From contig JBGCFM010000056.1 in NCBI GenBank assembly GCA_045106895.1, positions 1-15,977 on the forward strand: a stretch of DNA of 15,977 bases, read 5' to 3'. This document shows positions 1 through 7,467 of this stretch, in pieces. The position numbers and the translations under genes were made by a program. Under the pieces are notes generated by a model. It saw nothing but the letters and a program-made list of their open reading frames with translations, had not been told where the DNA came from and made no database searches. The DNA is from Polyangiales bacterium. Lineage in GTDB: Bacteria; Myxococcota_A; Polyangia; Polyangiales; Houyiibacteriaceae. Each line of letters begins with the position of its first letter. The first letter of the stretch is position 1.

Positions 1-2
1 CG

Positions 3-1652
3 TCGGCGGTGGGCGAAGCCCGCGGCGATGGAGGCCTCGGCCAAGAGTCCGTCCGCCGGACTCTGGAGAACAATGAGCGCGGACCACGCGCTTGTTACGA
101 ACGACGCCTCGTCGTGCGCCCGGACCTTCAAGGCCGCGTCAACGTGCAGGTGTCCGTCGACGGAACCGGGGACGTGAAAGACGCCCGCGTCGCGAGCCAG
201 TCGCTCCAGGCCGCAGATGTCGTGGACTGCATCGTCGCGGAGATCCGTGGCACTCGCTTCCCCGCCACCGGCGGGGCGAACGTGACCCTCAGCTACAGCT
301 ACAACCTCACGCCTGGTAGCTCCATGGGGCGACGGCGAACATGCTCCGACGCATCCCGCCAGAGCCTCGAGGTGCGGCGCGCACTCTGGCGCGAGCGCCT
401 CAGCGCCAATAGCGGCGTAGCCGGCGCCGTGAGCGTTTGGAACGAAGCATCACGCCAGTGTGAACTCGGGTCTTGGTCGTCTCGACGTGCGCTCCTCGAT
501 CAGATGATGCGCAATGTCGGCGGACTTCAAGGACAGGTCGCGCTCTACCAGCAGCTACGGCGAGAGCCCAGTGTAGGAACCTACCTGCGGCGCGCGATTC
601 TCAGGCGCGTTCGCACACCGCAGGACGTTGAGTTTGTTCGTCGTCGCCTCGGCCTCGAAGCCAACGTGGACTGGGGCTACTTCTCTCGCGTCTGGAACCG
701 CACGAGCAGCCCCGAAGCGCGCCTGCGACTCGTTCGCCGGTGGCTGGAAGTCCTCAGCGATGAGTTCGACTTGCGTCTCCGCGAGCTGGCCCTTCTCGAA
801 GAGCTGGAGCGTATCCCTGAAGCTCGGCGTCTTGCGCATCGGCTTCGCGCGCACCCTCTCGCGGACGCCGCCGTGTACGCCGCCGTTGGCGAGTTCCATC
901 TTCGTCAGGGCGACGAACGCGAAGCGCGACGCGTCTTCAGCGAGCTCGTCGAAGGCGCCCCCTATGACCCGTGGGCACGCCGTCGCCTCGGAGACCTCTA
1001 CCGCGCGCACGGCTGGAACGACGACGCCTACCGCGAATACACCAGCCTCTCGCGCCTCACCCCGAGCGAGTCGTCCGTGCTGCTGCTCTTGGCGCGCGCC
1101 GCCGCCGGCGCCGGACGCGTGGATGAAGCGCTGCGTCTTGAGCAGCGTCTCGCCGAACAGAGCGAACCCGGCAAATTCGAGGGCGTCGCCGGCGTGGCCC
1201 AGCTGTGGACCCTTGTTCGCCTCGCGGGTCTCAGCCTGGACGAAGCCGCTCCGCAGGAAGCCATCAACGAGCGTATGCGCTCCACGGGCCTTCTTCGGAC
1301 GGCGCCATCGGCCATCGCCCTCTTTACCTGGGCACACCCCGAAGACGCACCCACGATGGTCGCCAACATCCCAAGCACGCCCGTGGGCACCGAGTGGGAA
1401 CGCGCGAACGTTAGCGCAACGGCCCTCGGCATCGAAGCGATGCTCGTGGACGAGCGCGACGAAGGCGACGAGCTGAAGTTCGAGATTCGTCGCTCGGAGC
1501 GAGATTCGCTGCGAGATCTCGAGGGCACCTTCTGGCTTGTCACGGGCCTGGGCACCCCGGAAGAACGTTTCGTTCGTCAGAGCGTGACGCTGACCCGGGA
1601 GACCCGAACACAAGGGTTCCGCGTGAGCGGCAACGAGCTAACGGTTCTCTAG
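3..1652 (+). CDS. 5'-truncated protein with an AgmX/PglI C-terminal (TonB-C-like) domain followed by a helical/TPR region
   Basis: The frame is open from the window edge. VRRTLENNERGPRACYERRLVVRPDLQGRVNVQVSVDGTGDV...VVDCIVAEIRGTRFP...VTLSYSY matches the myxobacterial AgmX/PglI C-domain pattern. TPR-like helices follow (AAVGEFHLRQGDEREARRVFSELVEGAPYDPWARRRLGDLYRAHGWNDDAYREY). Stop TAG at 1650-1652. Confidence 0.8.
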   Translation, partial: SAVGEARGDGGLGQESVRRTLENNERGPRACYERRLVVRPDLQGRVNVQVSVDGTGDVKDARVASQSLQAADVVDCIVAEIRGTRFPATGGANVTLSYSYNLTPGSSMGRRRTCSDASRQSLEVRRALWRERLSANSGVAGAVSVWNEASRQCELGSWSSRRALLDQMMRNVGGLQGQVALYQQLRREPSVGTYLRRAILRRVRTPQDVEFVRRRLGLEANVDWGYFSRVWNRTSSPEARLRLVRRWLEVLSDEFDLRLRELALLEELERIPEARRLAHRLRAHPLADAAVYAAVGEFHLRQGDEREARRVFSELVEGAPYDPWARRRLGDLYRAHGWNDDAYREYTSLSRLTPSESSVLLLLARAAAGAGRVDEALRLEQRLAEQSEPGKFEGVAGVAQLWTLVRLAGLSLDEAAPQEAINERMRSTGLLRTAPSAIALFTWAHPEDAPTMVANIPSTPVGTEWERANVSATALGIEAMLVDERDEGDELKFEIRRSERDSLRDLEGTFWLVTGLGTPEERFVRQSVTLTRETRTQGFRVSGNELTVL

Positions 1653-1731
1653 CGCAGGGTTGGCCGGTCCGCACATCTGGGAGCCACGCTTTGCCGCGTG
1701 GCACCAGAGCGAACGACGTGTACGCTTTCTC

Positions 1732-2475
1732 ATGCTCTACCGTCGCCTCGTGGAAACGCTCTTCGCTCTCGCTCTTGTCTCAGCCTGCGGCGCGCCGTCC
1801 AGCAACAGCAACACGACGCCGCCACCAGTCTGCCCCCCGGCGGAGAGCGTCGAGTGCCCGGAAGCTACGCCGCCGGTGGAAGCAGTCCCGGCGAGCGAAC
1901 CCGCCGTGGAACAAGAAGCTTCCGAAGAACGAGAGGTCGTCGCTGGAGCATGCGACCTAGACGCCATTCCCGCCGGGCTCATCGAGGAGACAACCCCGGA
2001 GCAGAACGAAGCGATCATCGCTGCGATTCATGGCTGGGTGAACGGGCAAAGCGCGCCGTGGCTCATTCCCCGCGAGGGCATCCTCTTCGCGAAGTCTCAA
2101 GACGACCTCGGCGCAGACCCGCCGCACCCCACCTGGACGCGAGAGCAAGGCGAGCGCGCCTGCGGACTGCAGACACTTTGGCTCCGCGACCGCCTTCTTG
2201 CCCAACTTAGGCTCCACGCAGACCCTGGATACGGCAACCCCATCCGGTGCACGGGCAATGTCTGCTGCTACTCCGCCCTCGGCGAATACGACTCCGCCGG
2301 CGGCATCATCATGTCGTCCCAAGGAGACGGCTGGCGTCTCCGGGCTGGCTACGAGGTCGCCATCAACGGAACCGTCGGCGCGGAGCACACCAGCGACGTA
2401 AACCTGCAGGTAAAACGCCGCCTCCAGCGCCTGTTGCGTGGTCGATGCGCGGGTGAGCCAGCCGTCACGCCTTAA
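1732..2475 (+). CDS. hypothetical lipoprotein
   Basis: ATG at 1732 (in frame with ORF 1660) gives MLYRRLVETLFALALVSA-C, a lipobox-type signal. A Pro/Glu-rich tether and a Cys-containing globular domain follow. Confidence 0.7.
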   Translation: MLYRRLVETLFALALVSACGAPSSNSNTTPPPVCPPAESVECPEATPPVEAVPASEPAVEQEASEEREVVAGACDLDAIPAGLIEETTPEQNEAIIAAIHGWVNGQSAPWLIPREGILFAKSQDDLGADPPHPTWTREQGERACGLQTLWLRDRLLAQLRLHADPGYGNPIRCTGNVCCYSALGEYDSAGGIIMSSQGDGWRLRAGYEVAINGTVGAEHTSDVNLQVKRRLQRLLRGRCAGEPAVTP

Positions 2476-2577
2476 GCGAGTTGAGGACAGCGTTCCCTCA
2501 CGCTGGAACACTCCGCCGCTTTTGCGGGCATCACATCGGCAAATACGACTGCAAAAACACCTTTTTCAAAGACTACT

Positions 2578-2594
2578 GTTCCCTCAGAGGGAAC
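2578..2594. promoter_or_regulatory. perfect palindrome GTTCCCTC-A-GAGGGAAC, candidate operator
   Basis: 8-bp arms with a 1-nt spacer (too tight for an RNA loop), in the AT-rich intergenic region 53 bp upstream of the TIGR02147 start. A related site GTTCCCTCACGCTGGAAC lies at 2492-2509. Confidence 0.5.
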
Positions 2595-2647
2595 GATACT
2601 TGGTCGCGACGAGTTGACGCACCGCGATCGCCCAGCGACGTTGGGGC

Positions 2648-3490
2648 GTGGCTGAGATCGCAGATGTGTTCCACTACCTCGACTATCGCGACTTCCTTCG
2701 CGACCGTTTTGAGGCAGAGAAGACCCGTTCGGCGGCGTTCTCTTATCGTTACGTGGCGAAGCGCGTCGGCGTCAAAACTCCGGGTCATCTCAAGCGCATC
2801 GTCGATGGAGAGCGTCGGCTGACGGAGCCCATGGCACTTCGGTACGCGGAGCTTTTTCAGCTCTCTCCGAACGAGTCCCGATACTTTGCGTCCCTCGTTC
2901 GCTTCAACAACGCGTCGCATAGTGACGAACGACAAGTGGCCTATGAGGAGCTTGCGAAGTTCCGGCGCTTCGTCGCCATTCACAAGGTCGACACGCGGCA
3001 GGCAGAGTTTTGCCGTGAGTGGTACATGCCAGCGATTCGCGAGCTCGTGGCCTGCAAAGGCTTTGTCGAGGACCCCGCGTGGATCGCGCAGAACATGCGG
3101 CCCACGATCACCGTGCGCCAAGCGAAGAAAGCTCTGAAGACGCTCGAGGACCTCGGGCTACTTCAGCGCGTCGAGGGTCGCCTCGTACAAACGGACGCGA
3201 CGGTGACGACGGGCTCTCAGACCCACTGGGTCCATGTCATCCGATACCACCGCTCGATGCTTGAGCGCGCGTCGGAGTGCATCGACGAGTTTGTCGCCGC
3301 CGAACGAGATCTCTCGTCCGTGACCCTGGCGGTTCCCGATAGCGCGATTGCCGAGATCAAAACGAAGATGGCGGCCTTTCGCCGTGAGCTATTGGCGGAG
3401 TACGGAGCGCGCACGGACGGCGAACGTATTTGCCAAGTGAGCATGCAGCTCTTCCCGTTGAGCGCACCCATCAAAGGAGATGTGTCGTGA
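2648..3490 (+). CDS. TIGR02147 family protein (N-terminal HTH-like region, C-terminal DUF4423)
   Basis: Family-typical motifs VFHYLDYRDFLRD, FSYRYVAKRVGVKTPGHLKRIVDGERRLT, EWYMPAIREL, AKKALKTLEDLGLL, YHRSML, ERDLSSVTL and QVSMQLFPLS; 280 aa; GTG start. Confidence 0.9.
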   Translation: MAEIADVFHYLDYRDFLRDRFEAEKTRSAAFSYRYVAKRVGVKTPGHLKRIVDGERRLTEPMALRYAELFQLSPNESRYFASLVRFNNASHSDERQVAYEELAKFRRFVAIHKVDTRQAEFCREWYMPAIRELVACKGFVEDPAWIAQNMRPTITVRQAKKALKTLEDLGLLQRVEGRLVQTDATVTTGSQTHWVHVIRYHRSMLERASECIDEFVAAERDLSSVTLAVPDSAIAEIKTKMAAFRRELLAEYGARTDGERICQVSMQLFPLSAPIKGDVS

Positions 3491-4125
3491 GAGTCACCGC
3501 GTTCGTTCTTTGTATCCTCGGATGCACCGGATCCGAAGTTGGAAACCCGCCCTTTCAGCCCGAGGTGCCCGGGCCGGCCTTCGACCCGAGCGTCGTTGAG
3601 GTCGTTCCTCATCCGGCGGGTGCCGGGCAGAATATCTTTCGCCTCCCGGAGAGCGCCGTGCCGGGCGTGGTGCGCATGACGGCGACGTTCCTCGACGAAG
3701 CCAACTCCGCGCGGCAGATGACGCGTGGGGACAACATGTTCGTCATGAACGTGTCCGCCATGAGCGGCACTCAGCGCCTCCGGGTCGAAGGTCGCACAAA
3801 CACGGCGCGAATCGCACCCATGGACTTCGACCTTGGACCTGATGGAGTTCGCTTTGTCGACGCCGCCGGAGGCTGCATCGAGCTCGAGACACGAAGTGTT
3901 CACACCGACAGTGACATTCCCGTCCGCGCGCGGAACCGATGCGACAGCACCATCACCGTGCGCGCCGCGTTACGGGTCGGCGATTGGCTCGCGGATCCCA
4001 CAACGCAAGACGCGGCGCCAGGTGAAGTCGTGCACTTCGACCTGACCCCCGCCGAACTCGCCGGCAACGACACTCTGCTGCTCAGCGCCGGCAGCGAGAC
4101 GATGGCCATCACTCTCTGGCGTTAG
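3487..4125 (+). CDS. hypothetical lipoprotein translationally coupled to the TIGR02147 gene
   Basis: GTG at 3487 overlaps the upstream TGA (GTGA) and follows an AAAGGAG RBS at 3473-3479. N-terminus MRVTAFVLCILG-C-TGSEVGNP has a short lipobox signal; the remainder looks beta-rich. Confidence 0.75.
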   Translation: MRVTAFVLCILGCTGSEVGNPPFQPEVPGPAFDPSVVEVVPHPAGAGQNIFRLPESAVPGVVRMTATFLDEANSARQMTRGDNMFVMNVSAMSGTQRLRVEGRTNTARIAPMDFDLGPDGVRFVDAAGGCIELETRSVHTDSDIPVRARNRCDSTITVRAALRVGDWLADPTTQDAAPGEVVHFDLTPAELAGNDTLLLSAGSETMAITLWR

Positions 4126-4162
4126 CCAGCTCCCCTTCGACACGAACAGAATCACCCCGCTC

Positions 4163-5266
4163 ATGATCAGAACACACCTCTCTCCTTTGCTCTCTCTTGG
4201 CCTCGCAGTCGGCGTCGCCCTCGGCGGCTGTGGCGACGACTCGACGCCACAGACCGACGCCGGCACCGACGCCGGAAGCGATGCGGGTGCCGCGGACGCT
4301 GTAGGCGACACGGACTCAAACGACGCAGCCGACGCACCCGAAGGGTGTGTTCAGGCGAACATCGTCGAATGGCGACTCGACCGCGAAGAAGACGTGCGCG
4401 TGGGGTACGAAGCAACCCTCGACCAACGGATCGATGGGGCCACAGTGAGCTTATTGCTGTGGTTCGAGCGCTACAACGACACAGAATACACGGGGCCCGT
4501 GGACATGAGCCTCGCCCCCGACAACAACTTTGGAACGTGCGCGAAGTGCGCATGGGCGCGCTCGCTGACTCGCCCGGACCTGACCTTCTACGCGGAGAGC
4601 GGCCAGCTCAACCTGCGCCGTGACCCCTTCCTTCGCACGCTCGATGTCACCGGCGAGAACCTCCGCTTGGTTCAGGTGACCCTCGACGAGACGCGCGTGT
4701 CGACGCCCGTGGAAGACGGCTTCTGCCTGGAGATCGCGGCCTTCGAGACGGAGTCGACGTTCGTCTCCGAAGGATGGACCTGCGACCGTGATCTCTACAA
4801 CGACGGCATGTGTCACTGCGATTGTGGTGCCTTCGACCCGGACTGCAGCGCCGGATTTCTGGAGCCGCCGCCGATTCCGGTGGACTGCGACGAGACTCAG
4901 ATCTGCGGCTTCGACCTCTCGACGGAAGGGCCCGCTTGCCTCACGCGATGCGACATCGACGAGGCGAACTCTTGCGGCGACGGGATCTGCATCGTGGACA
5001 CGACCTTCGACGGAGTGGATCGTTGCGCCACGGAACCAGCCATCGTGTCCGACGTAGCGCCCGGTGAGCTCTGCGCGGGTCCCGAAGGACTCCAGCTCTT
5101 CTGCAACGTCGTCGATGGAGGCACCCAAGGCTACTGCGACGACGAGCGAATCTGCCGCCGCGTCTGCGCGAGCGACGCCGACTGCGAAGGCACGGGTTTC
5201 GATTGCCTTCGCTTCGCAGCGGACGATGGCCGCGGGTTCTGCGGCGTATTCGCCGAAGACGGTTAG
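4163..5266 (+). CDS. Cys-rich acidic lipoprotein
   Basis: Signal ...LGLAVGVALGG-C-GDD, DAG-repeat tether, motif WTCDRDLYNDGMCHCDCGAFDPDC, and 20 Cys from that motif to the C-terminus. Confidence 0.85.
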   Translation: MIRTHLSPLLSLGLAVGVALGGCGDDSTPQTDAGTDAGSDAGAADAVGDTDSNDAADAPEGCVQANIVEWRLDREEDVRVGYEATLDQRIDGATVSLLLWFERYNDTEYTGPVDMSLAPDNNFGTCAKCAWARSLTRPDLTFYAESGQLNLRRDPFLRTLDVTGENLRLVQVTLDETRVSTPVEDGFCLEIAAFETESTFVSEGWTCDRDLYNDGMCHCDCGAFDPDCSAGFLEPPPIPVDCDETQICGFDLSTEGPACLTRCDIDEANSCGDGICIVDTTFDGVDRCATEPAIVSDVAPGELCAGPEGLQLFCNVVDGGTQGYCDDERICRRVCASDADCEGTGFDCLRFAADDGRGFCGVFAEDG

Positions 5267-5331
5267 GACACTCCGAACACTCTCGCGGCTCGAAGTCCAT
5301 TGGGTGACGCCGACACAACGAAAGAGAAACG

Positions 5332-7467
5332 ATGAGTGCGAAGAACGATCAACAAACCACTTTTCGACAGCCCCGACTGACTGTTCTTTGGCTCAGCTTG
5401 CTCCTGTCCGCGGCGTGCACTCCAACCCTGAGAGGCGCGCCCAGTGAAGGCGACTCCGGGGCAGGCGACCCCGACGTCGGATTCCCCGATGGCGGCATCG
5501 GCGACGACGAGCTTGCCCTGACGCGTGTGGCACCCCGCAACGGGCCCTTCTTGGGCGGCAACGAGGTGCTCGTTCGCGGCGGCGGCTTCGCACAAGGCAT
5601 GGCGATTGAAGTCGGTGGCCGGCTCGTCGACGCACCGGACCTGGTCGTTGTGGACTCAAACCGTGCTCGCATCCTGGCCATGCCGGCGGGCGAGCCAGGA
5701 CCAGCGGATGTCGTCGTCACACGCGCCGACGGCGCCACGCTTCGTCTAGAAGACGGCTACACGTACAACACCCTCGCCCTCGAGCCGACCCGCGGGAGCG
5801 TAAGCGGCGGAACTCGAGTGACCATCACCGGCATGGCCACAGACTTCATGGAGGGTGACGAAGTCCTCTTCGGCCGGCGAGCCTGCACAGACGTGGAGGT
5901 CGTGTCGACAAGCACGTTCCGTTGCAAAACACCCGCCGCAACGCGCGGATACGAAGACGTAACCTACGTGCCTTCGACGGATCGCGAAACCCCACTCGAT
6001 ACGCTCGTCCTTGAGGAGGCTTTTGAGTTCTACGATGCGTCGGACCCCACATTCGGTGGCCTCGCCGGCGGGCCTCTCGACGGGACGCTCAACGTAAGCG
6101 TCATCGACGTCGCCAGCGGCCTCGCACTTTCCGACGCATTCGTCTTTGTCGGAGACCAAGCCGGAGAGCACCAAGGGCTGACGAATATCCTCGGGCAAAT
6201 CACGTTTTCCGGCGACGACCTCTTCGGTCAGCAGAGCGTCCACGCCGCGAAACACTGCTACGAGACGACGAGCTGGGTTGCCTTCGACGCACAGAACGTC
6301 TCGATCTTTCTCACTCCATGGCGCGACCCGGAGTGTGCGCCCCCGGGTGACGGCGGCGGCGGCGGCGGCAACCGGGCTGGTGCCTTCGTGAGCGGCGAAC
6401 TCATCTGGACCGTGGGCATCGAATTCGAAGCCCAACACCCGAACCCATGGGACAATCTTCCAGAGCCCGAAGGCGACTGGACACGCGTCGCTTACGTCTA
6501 CGCGACGCAACCTTGCGCGGGAACAAGCGCCGGATGCGTCAATCCAGACCCCGCCGCCGGTGGCGCCATTCAACGCGTCTTGGAGAACGCGCCGGGAGTG
6601 CGCGGCTACCCCTATCGCATCTTCGTGAGGCCTGCGGCCTTCGCCGTGTACAGCATCGCCGGTCTCGAAAACAGTCGCACACGCGAATTTGTGCCTCACC
6701 TCATGGGCATCGCGCGCAACGTTCTCGCGGGCCCCGGTCAAGAGGTCGAGGGCGCCGACATGGTGATGAACATTCCCCTCGACCAACATCTCGACGTGCG
6801 CCTGGAAGAGCTTCCCGCGCCAACAGCGGCCGGACCGAACCGCTTCGAAGTGAGGGCTGACATCGATCTGGGCGGCGAAGGCGTCATCGTTCGCCGTGTT
6901 TCGGGAGAGAGCTTGGACGTCGCGAGGTCAGATTCCATAGACGAGGCTTTCCACTTCGCAACGCTCCCCGCGCTCCAAGGAGAGCTGTCCGACGCGCGCT
7001 ACCGCGTCGAAGCCGGTTGGCTGACGGGAAGCGTCGGCAGTGACCCGGTCACCGTGGCCCGCATGAACGGCATTCGTACCTTGGACGCGGAGGTCGCGCT
7101 TCGCGGCTTCCCGCCGATTGCTGTTCCGACCGCCCCGGCGTTTGGTGAGATGATTCCCGAAGACCGAACCCTGCGCTGGGCAAGCGAAGGCGGCGCAGAG
7201 CCCGACTACTACTTTATTGGGATCGTGGACTCGAATCGAAACCCGGTCTGGCGCTACTTTGTCCGCGGCGACGAAACGAGCGCGACGCTGCCGAACCTCG
7301 CTGACATCCCCGGCGTCGAACTCGAAGACATCGAGGAGGGGCTTATCACCTGGTTCATCTACGCTGTGCGCATCCCCGGCTTTGACTTCGACGAGATGAC
7401 CTACAGCGACCTCAACACCAATCGATGGAACGCGTGGTCCATTGGTACGCACACGGCCCGCCAATGA
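5332..7467 (+). CDS. IPT/TIG domain-containing lipoprotein
   Basis: Lipobox LLLSAA-C. Two IPT/TIG repeats (LTRVAPRNGPFLGGNEVLVRGGGF...PAGEPGPADVVV...DGYTY and LEPTRGSVSGGTRVTITG...FRCKTPA...AFEF), then beta-sandwich-like domains. Confidence 0.85.
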   Translation: MSAKNDQQTTFRQPRLTVLWLSLLLSAACTPTLRGAPSEGDSGAGDPDVGFPDGGIGDDELALTRVAPRNGPFLGGNEVLVRGGGFAQGMAIEVGGRLVDAPDLVVVDSNRARILAMPAGEPGPADVVVTRADGATLRLEDGYTYNTLALEPTRGSVSGGTRVTITGMATDFMEGDEVLFGRRACTDVEVVSTSTFRCKTPAATRGYEDVTYVPSTDRETPLDTLVLEEAFEFYDASDPTFGGLAGGPLDGTLNVSVIDVASGLALSDAFVFVGDQAGEHQGLTNILGQITFSGDDLFGQQSVHAAKHCYETTSWVAFDAQNVSIFLTPWRDPECAPPGDGGGGGGNRAGAFVSGELIWTVGIEFEAQHPNPWDNLPEPEGDWTRVAYVYATQPCAGTSAGCVNPDPAAGGAIQRVLENAPGVRGYPYRIFVRPAAFAVYSIAGLENSRTREFVPHLMGIARNVLAGPGQEVEGADMVMNIPLDQHLDVRLEELPAPTAAGPNRFEVRADIDLGGEGVIVRRVSGESLDVARSDSIDEAFHFATLPALQGELSDARYRVEAGWLTGSVGSDPVTVARMNGIRTLDAEVALRGFPPIAVPTAPAFGEMIPEDRTLRWASEGGAEPDYYFIGIVDSNRNPVWRYFVRGDETSATLPNLADIPGVELEDIEEGLITWFIYAVRIPGFDFDEMTYSDLNTNRWNAWSIGTHTARQ

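Noticed and set aside
555..1613. Long antisense or alternate-frame ORFs (also 5746..6789, 10699..11490, 14307..15005)
   Set aside because: They mirror well-supported genes and lack recognisable motifs; this is expected from GC-rich codon bias.
6352..6369. (GGC)6 microsatellite
   Set aside because: In-frame poly-Gly linker; length changes would not shift frame, so it is not a phase-variation switch.
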